Positions 5,668 to 10,603 of a stretch of 10,603 nucleotides of DNA are shown piece by piece. This stretch comes from Myxococcota bacterium (GTDB taxonomy: Bacteria; Myxococcota; JACRCW01). A program made the translations under genes and the position numbers. The DNA is taken from positions 1-10,603 of the forward strand of contig JBFMGU010000329.1 of the NCBI GenBank assembly GCA_040752415.1, in the 5' to 3' direction. The notes beneath the pieces are model-generated. The model saw only the letters and a program-made list of their open reading frames with translations, searched no databases and had not been told where the DNA came from. Position 1 is the stretch's first letter; each line of letters starts with the position of its first letter.

Positions 5668-8600
5668 CAACGGCATCCGCGCCCAGCGCCTTCTCCAGCA
5701 CGCGCAGCGCGGTCCGCACCGCGTCGCTCTTGTCCGCCACCGAGGGCGCGCCCCCCTCGCCGGGAGCCCGCGCGCGGGTGATGCGCTTGCGCACCGCGGC
5801 CTTGAGGCGCTTCTCGTCGTCGCGGCGGCCTTCCTCGGCGGCCTGCCGGGCCAACATCAGCTCCCCGTGTCCCTCCTGCACATCCAGCACGGCCAGGCCC
5901 ATCTTGTCGTCGACGTCGGTGAGCTGGCGCCGGGCCGCGTCCCAGGCGGCGCGTGCCTCGTCGTGCTTGCCCAGCAGCGCTTCCACCGCGCCGAACGCCG
6001 TGAGGAACAACCCCTCGAAGCGACGGTCGCCCACCTGGCGCAGCGTGGTGACGGCCTTCTTGATGCGGTGGCGCGCGTCCTCCAGCTGGCCCTGTTCCAG
6101 GTGCAACGTGGCCAGGAAGCCCAGCGCCACCGCCTCGGTGCGACGATCCTGTGCCTCGCGCGCCAACAGGATCGCGCGGTGCAGGCGTTCCTCGGCGTCG
6201 TCGAGCTTGCCCATCTCCTGCTCCAGCAGGGCCAGGTTGCCGAGCTGGATGGCCTCGGTACGCAGGTCGCCCACGCCGCGCAGGATCTCAAGGGCCAGCT
6301 CGAAGTGGGAGCGCGCCTCGTCGAGCCTTCCCTGCGAGCGGTGCAGGTTGCCCAGGTTGCCCACCACCAGGCCCACGTAGCGCTCGTCGTTGACGTTGCG
6401 CAGGTGCTCCAGGGCTTCGGTGTAGCAGCGTTGCGCGTCGTCGATGCGCCCCTGCTGTCGACGGATGATGCCCAGGTCACCCTGGAGGCGACCCATGAGC
6501 CGCGCGTCGCCCGCGCCCCGCGCCCACTCCAGCGCCCTGGTGTCATCCGCCTCCGCCTCGGGGAGACGTCCCTGCATGAGCAGCGCCCAGCCGCGCACCT
6601 TGAGGACGCTGGCGAGCATGGCGGGCTCCACGTTGGCCTGCTTGGCCGCCGTCAGCGCCTGGGTGAGGAGGGAGAGATAGAGCGCAAAGGGTCCACGCGT
6701 GGCCAGCACGGAATCCACCGCCAGCATGACGCGCAGCGCCTGGGTCACATTCTCCGTCGTCACGGAGGCGGCCAGCGCGCGGTGGAAGACGGCGAGCAGG
6801 TTCTCCATCTCCAGGGAGAGCCTCTGCCGCACCTCGGCGCCCTGCGGGCCGTCGGCCTGGTCGGCGTATTGGCTGCCCAGCTTCAGGTAGTAGGCCGCGT
6901 GCCGGGCCCACACGCCGTCCTTCTGCCCCGACTGCACAAGCTTCTCCGCGGCGTACTCGCGGATGGACTCGTACATGAAGAAGCGCACCTCGCCGTCGTC
7001 GGTGTCGTTGGCGCGCAGCAGGGATTTCTCCCGCAGGGCTTGCATGACGTCGAGGACCCAGGGTGCGTCGGGCACGTCGGCGAGGTCCACCACGGCTTCG
7101 GCGGCCTCCAGGTCGAAGCCACCGCGGAACACCGAGCAGCTCGCCAGCGCGCGCTGTTCCCACGGCTGCAGCATGTTCCACGACCAATCAATGGCCCCGC
7201 GCAGCGTCTTCTGGCGACTGTTGGCATTGCGCGCACCGCCGGTGAGCAGGTCGAACCGACGGGGCAGCCGCTCCAGCAGCTTGGCCGCGCTCATCACGCC
7301 CATGCGCGCCGCCGCCAGCTCGATGGCCAGGGGCAGCCCGTCCAGCTGCCGCACCATCTCCGCCACAACGGGCGCATCCTGCGGCGTGAGCTCGTACTGC
7401 GGACGCACCAGCTTGGCGCGCTCCACGAACAACTGCACCGCCTCGCTGCCTTCCGCGTCTTCTCCCTCGCCGGGAACGGCCAGCGGGGCCAGCTCCAGCG
7501 GTCGCTCGCCCGGGACGCGCAGCAATTCGCGCGAGCTGACCAGGAAGCGCGCTTCCGGCGCAATGGTCATCCAGCGCTTCACCGTCGTGGCGGCGTGCTG
7601 CACCACCTGCTCGAAGTTGTCCAGGATGAGCAACACCTTGCCGCGCGCGGCCAGCGCGTGACCGAGCTGCAGCACGTTGTCGGCGCTGGTCTTGCCCAAC
7701 GTGAGCGGGACCTGCAGCGTCTGCGCCACGGCCGCGGTGATGTCGTCGACGGAGGTGGCCTCGCTGAGGTCGCAGAACCACACGCCGCCGGAGAGCGGGG
7801 CGCCGTAGAGGCTGAGGTGCTTGTGGCCAAAGCGGATGGCCATGCGGGTCTTCCCCGTCCCGGCCGGGCCCAGCAACGTGACGAGCCGCTCCCCCGCCTC
7901 CATGAGCTGGTGCAGCGCCTCCAGGTCCAGCGCGCGCCCCACGAAGCCTGGCGTCTCCGTCGGAAGATTGGTCTTGCGCTCCGGCGCGCTGTAGCCGCTC
8001 TCGGAGAGCTGGGTGATGGCGGAGAACACGCCTGGCTCGTCGACGGTGGGCTCGTCGACGGGCGGCGGCGGAAGCTCACGCGGCTGTTCCTGCGGCACCA
8101 CCGGACCACGCACGCTGACACCCGGTCCACTGTTGCCCTCGACGGGCGGGGGGCGCACCGGCATGCGTTCCCGGGAGGTGGGGCGGTTCTCCGGACGTCG
8201 CCGGGCCAGCAGCTCCTCGACGGCCGGCATGGCGGAGGCCGCGGCGGGCAACTGCTTCATGAGCTGCGCCTCCTGGGCCTGCACGTCGGTGAAGAGGGAG
8301 CGCACGAACCCGCCCACGCGCGCGGGTGAGTGCATGATTCCCGCCTCCGCCATGAACGACTCCAACGCCGCCACCAGCTCCGCACAGGAGGCGAAACGCT
8401 TCTCCTTCTCCCGCGCCAACGCAGTCATCACAACGTCTTCCAGCGCGCGCGGATAGTCCGGCTTCAACGACGTGGGCCGCGGGATCTCCCCTTCGATCAC
8501 CGCGTGCAGGGCGAGGATCTCCGTCTCCCGCTTGAACAGGCGGTGCAGGGTGGTGATCTCGTAGAGGATGATGCCGAGCGCGAACTGGTCGGTGCGGTGG

Positions 8601-9205
8601 TCGATCTCGTAGCCCGCCGCCTGCTCCGGCGACATGTAGCTGACCTTGCCCTTGAGCACGCCGCTGCGCGTCTCGATGGCCTGGCCCCGCGCCTTGGCGA
8701 TGCCGAAGTCCACCACCTTCGTGGTGCCCTCGTAGGTGACAATGACGTTCTGCGGGGAGATGTCGCGGTGGATGATGCCCAGCGGCTCACCCTGGAGGTT
8801 GGTCTTGGTATGCGCGTAGTGCAGACCGCTGGCGGCGTCGACGACCATCTGCAGCGCATGCGCCAGGGGGAACGGCTCCCCGCGCTTGTTGCAGCGGTTC
8901 ATGATGCGCGCAATGTCCTGCCCCTGCAGGTACTCCATGACGAGGAAGAACTGGCCGTGGTCCTCCCCCACGTCGAGCACGGCCACCACGTTGGCGTGGC
9001 GCAGGTCCGCGGCCACCCGGGCCTCCGCGAACAGCATGCGGACGAAGTCCTCGTTCTCGGCGAGGTGCGGATGGATGCGCTTGACCACCACCAGCTTCTC
9101 GAACCCGTCGAGACCCACCTGGCGCGCCAGGAACACCTCGGCCATGCCGCCTTGGGCCAGGCGACGCAACACGGTGTACTTGCCCGCCAGGGTGGTGCCT
9201 TCCAT
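5654..9205 (-). CDS. Ser/Thr protein kinase - STAND (NB-ARC-like) ATPase - TPR repeat protein, 1183 aa
   Basis: Kinase motifs LAQGGMAEV, VVVKRI, HRDISPQN, DFGIAK, YMSPEQ, TDQFALG. Pro-rich linker. Walker A GPAGTGKT, Walker B LLILDNFEQ and GLPLAIELAA (GLPL motif). C-terminal ~40-aa TPR-like repeats (GDLGIIRRQQGR, GNLGNLHRSQGR, GNLALLEQEMGK). 3' end overlaps the SemiSWEET gene by 14 bp. Confidence 0.92.
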   Translation of the reverse strand: MEGTTLAGKYTVLRRLAQGGMAEVFLARQVGLDGFEKLVVVKRIHPHLAENEDFVRMLFAEARVAADLRHANVVAVLDVGEDHGQFFLVMEYLQGQDIARIMNRCNKRGEPFPLAHALQMVVDAASGLHYAHTKTNLQGEPLGIIHRDISPQNVIVTYEGTTKVVDFGIAKARGQAIETRSGVLKGKVSYMSPEQAAGYEIDHRTDQFALGIILYEITTLHRLFKRETEILALHAVIEGEIPRPTSLKPDYPRALEDVVMTALAREKEKRFASCAELVAALESFMAEAGIMHSPARVGGFVRSLFTDVQAQEAQLMKQLPAAASAMPAVEELLARRRPENRPTSRERMPVRPPPVEGNSGPGVSVRGPVVPQEQPRELPPPPVDEPTVDEPGVFSAITQLSESGYSAPERKTNLPTETPGFVGRALDLEALHQLMEAGERLVTLLGPAGTGKTRMAIRFGHKHLSLYGAPLSGGVWFCDLSEATSVDDITAAVAQTLQVPLTLGKTSADNVLQLGHALAARGKVLLILDNFEQVVQHAATTVKRWMTIAPEARFLVSSRELLRVPGERPLELAPLAVPGEGEDAEGSEAVQLFVERAKLVRPQYELTPQDAPVVAEMVRQLDGLPLAIELAAARMGVMSAAKLLERLPRRFDLLTGGARNANSRQKTLRGAIDWSWNMLQPWEQRALASCSVFRGGFDLEAAEAVVDLADVPDAPWVLDVMQALREKSLLRANDTDDGEVRFFMYESIREYAAEKLVQSGQKDGVWARHAAYYLKLGSQYADQADGPQGAEVRQRLSLEMENLLAVFHRALAASVTTENVTQALRVMLAVDSVLATRGPFALYLSLLTQALTAAKQANVEPAMLASVLKVRGWALLMQGRLPEAEADDTRALEWARGAGDARLMGRLQGDLGIIRRQQGRIDDAQRCYTEALEHLRNVNDERYVGLVVGNLGNLHRSQGRLDEARSHFELALEILRGVGDLRTEAIQLGNLALLEQEMGKLDDAEERLHRAILLAREAQDRRTEAVALGFLATLHLEQGQLEDARHRIKKAVTTLRQVGDRRFEGLFLTAFGAVEALLGKHDEARAAWDAARRQLTDVDDKMGLAVLDVQEGHGELMLARQAAEEGRRDDEKRLKAAVRKRITRARAPGEGGAPSVADKSDAVRTALRVLEKALGADAVVSRT

Positions 9206-9333
9206 GGACCGTTCACCGCGCCCTTCGCACGCACGCGGCGAGGGTGCCGGCGCGTCCGCGAACCGACGCCATCATAGTTCCAAAGCGCATTTCCCGCATG
9301 CGCCGTGGACGGCGGTGGAACGTGGGGGTGAGC

Positions 9334-10518
9334 TCAGACGGTGACGAAGGGGACGCTGGGCGTCTCGTGCAGGCGGGATTCCTGCTGGTAGCTGCGGAAG
9401 TAGTGGAAGATGTAGCCCATGCGCTCGTCGTACTTCGACCAGTCCGAGGCGTCGCTGTGCTGGGTGGACTGCGGGTCCTGGCCAAAGCGACGCGCCTCCG
9501 CGTTCATCTCCGGCACGGCGTTGAAGCTGGTGAGCTCGAAGGGCGCGGCCTTCTGCACGTCCTGCCCCAGCACCAGGGATTGGCCGGGGATGTTGAGGCG
9601 CATCTGGTCGGTGACGTTGTCGTTGTAGCTCATGCCGGGCATGGCGCCCTTCACGAAGCGGTCCGCCACCTGCTGCTCATGCTTGGCGACGAGGAAGTTG
9701 CCCTGGAACATCAGCTCCGCGCGCCGGTTCTCCGCCTCGTAGCCCTTGGCGTCCTTCAGCGTCATGGCCTCGTGGTAGGAGCGGAACGCGTTCTGCAGGT
9801 CCGGCTTCCCCTCGAGCGCGGGCTGCTTCACGAAGTCGTCGATCATCTGCTGACCGCGCGCGGGGTCCTTCCTCCACGACGTGTCATTCTGGAAGGTGTT
9901 GATGAAGCGGCTGAAGTGCGGCGCGATGTCGCCGAAGATGGCCTGGTTGCCCTTGGCCACGGCGTCCGCGGCGTCGTCCTTCTTCCAGTTCTGCACCGGC
10001 TTGGTGACGAAGTTGACGAGGCCACCCACCGGGGAGTCACTGCCGGGCAGCTTGACGTCGACCTCCTTGCGGATGACGCCACCGGCGGTGTTGCTGGCCC
10101 ACTTGCCGAACGTGAGCCAGTTGGCGTTGTCCTTCCCCACCAGGCTGGCCATGCCCTCGCTCAGCTCATGGTAGCCGCGCGTGATGGCGTAGTTGCGCTG
10201 CACCGGGTCCTTCATGTCCGCCACGCGACGCACGTGCGCCTCGTCGAGATACGCGCTCTGGAATCTGGGCTCCGCGCGGGGGCCGCCCACGTCGGTGGCC
10301 AGCCGCTGCTGCAGCATCTGGGCCCGCATGTCATGACGGGACACGGTGCGGGAGTCCTGCTGGCGCTGCGGATCCACGGGAGCGCGTGCGGCGGGCTCGG
10401 TGGTGCGGGCCGCGGGCTGTGAGGTGGTGGTCTGCGCCGGCTGGGCGGGCTTCGCCGTCGACGTGGAGGTGGTGGCCTGGGTTTGAACCGGTCGTGATCC
10501 GCCGCCGTCAACGCGCAT
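9334..10518 (-). CDS. Hypothetical protein, DUF2515-like domain after a low-complexity T/S/P/Q/A N-terminus, 394 aa
   Basis: Long ORF with strong GC3 codon pattern. Motifs RNYAITRGY, ANWLTFGKWAS, GNQAIFGDI, HEQ and DWSKYDERMGYI resemble DUF2515-type families (from memory, unverified). Start chosen at ATG 10518 (MRVDGGG). Confidence 0.7.
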   Translation of the reverse strand: MRVDGGGSRPVQTQATTSTSTAKPAQPAQTTTSQPAARTTEPAARAPVDPQRQQDSRTVSRHDMRAQMLQQRLATDVGGPRAEPRFQSAYLDEAHVRRVADMKDPVQRNYAITRGYHELSEGMASLVGKDNANWLTFGKWASNTAGGVIRKEVDVKLPGSDSPVGGLVNFVTKPVQNWKKDDAADAVAKGNQAIFGDIAPHFSRFINTFQNDTSWRKDPARGQQMIDDFVKQPALEGKPDLQNAFRSYHEAMTLKDAKGYEAENRRAELMFQGNFLVAKHEQQVADRFVKGAMPGMSYNDNVTDQMRLNIPGQSLVLGQDVQKAAPFELTSFNAVPEMNAEARRFGQDPQSTQHSDASDWSKYDERMGYIFHYFRSYQQESRLHETPSVPFVTV

Positions 10519-10603
10519 GGGTAGCCCCAGAAGCAGGTGCGTCAGTATCGACTCTGGTTCCGGGCCCGTCCACATCCGTCGGACAACTGACGGGTGCGCC
10601 CAT

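Noticed and set aside
5867..8329. 820-aa plus-strand ORF (also 8330..9277, 9244..10422, 868..1659, 1611..2234, 3743..4462)
   Set aside because: Antisense shadows of well-supported minus-strand genes, typical of high-GC DNA, with no recognisable motifs.
9271..9299. TATGAT -10-like hexamer (minus strand) upstream of the kinase gene
   Set aside because: No convincing -35 element. Plausible, but unsupported by sequence alone.

Overview
High-GC bacterial DNA; gene content (Hanks-type kinase-STAND-TPR fusion, low-complexity N-termini) suggests Myxococcota, which is an inference. The key feature is a minus-strand microviridin/marinostatin-type graspetide (RiPP) locus. It encodes an unusually large 579-aa precursor (2591..4330) with a ~220-aa N-terminal extension, the PFFARFL ligase-recognition motif and 16 tandem Tx(K/R)(Y/F/A)PSDxED cores. 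Downstream are a single MdnB/MvdC-like ATP-grasp ligase (1545..2534) and a translationally coupled ketopantoate reductase (541..1548). No ester ligase (MdnC/MvdD), ABC transporter, protease or acetyltransferase is seen in the window. The left end (1..558) is a non-coding palindromic repeat mosaic (REP/REPIN/MITE-like) with ~102-bp inverted arms that overlap the panE stop codon. To the right are an HNH endonuclease, a secreted cupin, a SemiSWEET transporter, a Ser/Thr kinase-STAND ATPase-TPR protein and a DUF2515-like hypothetical protein.
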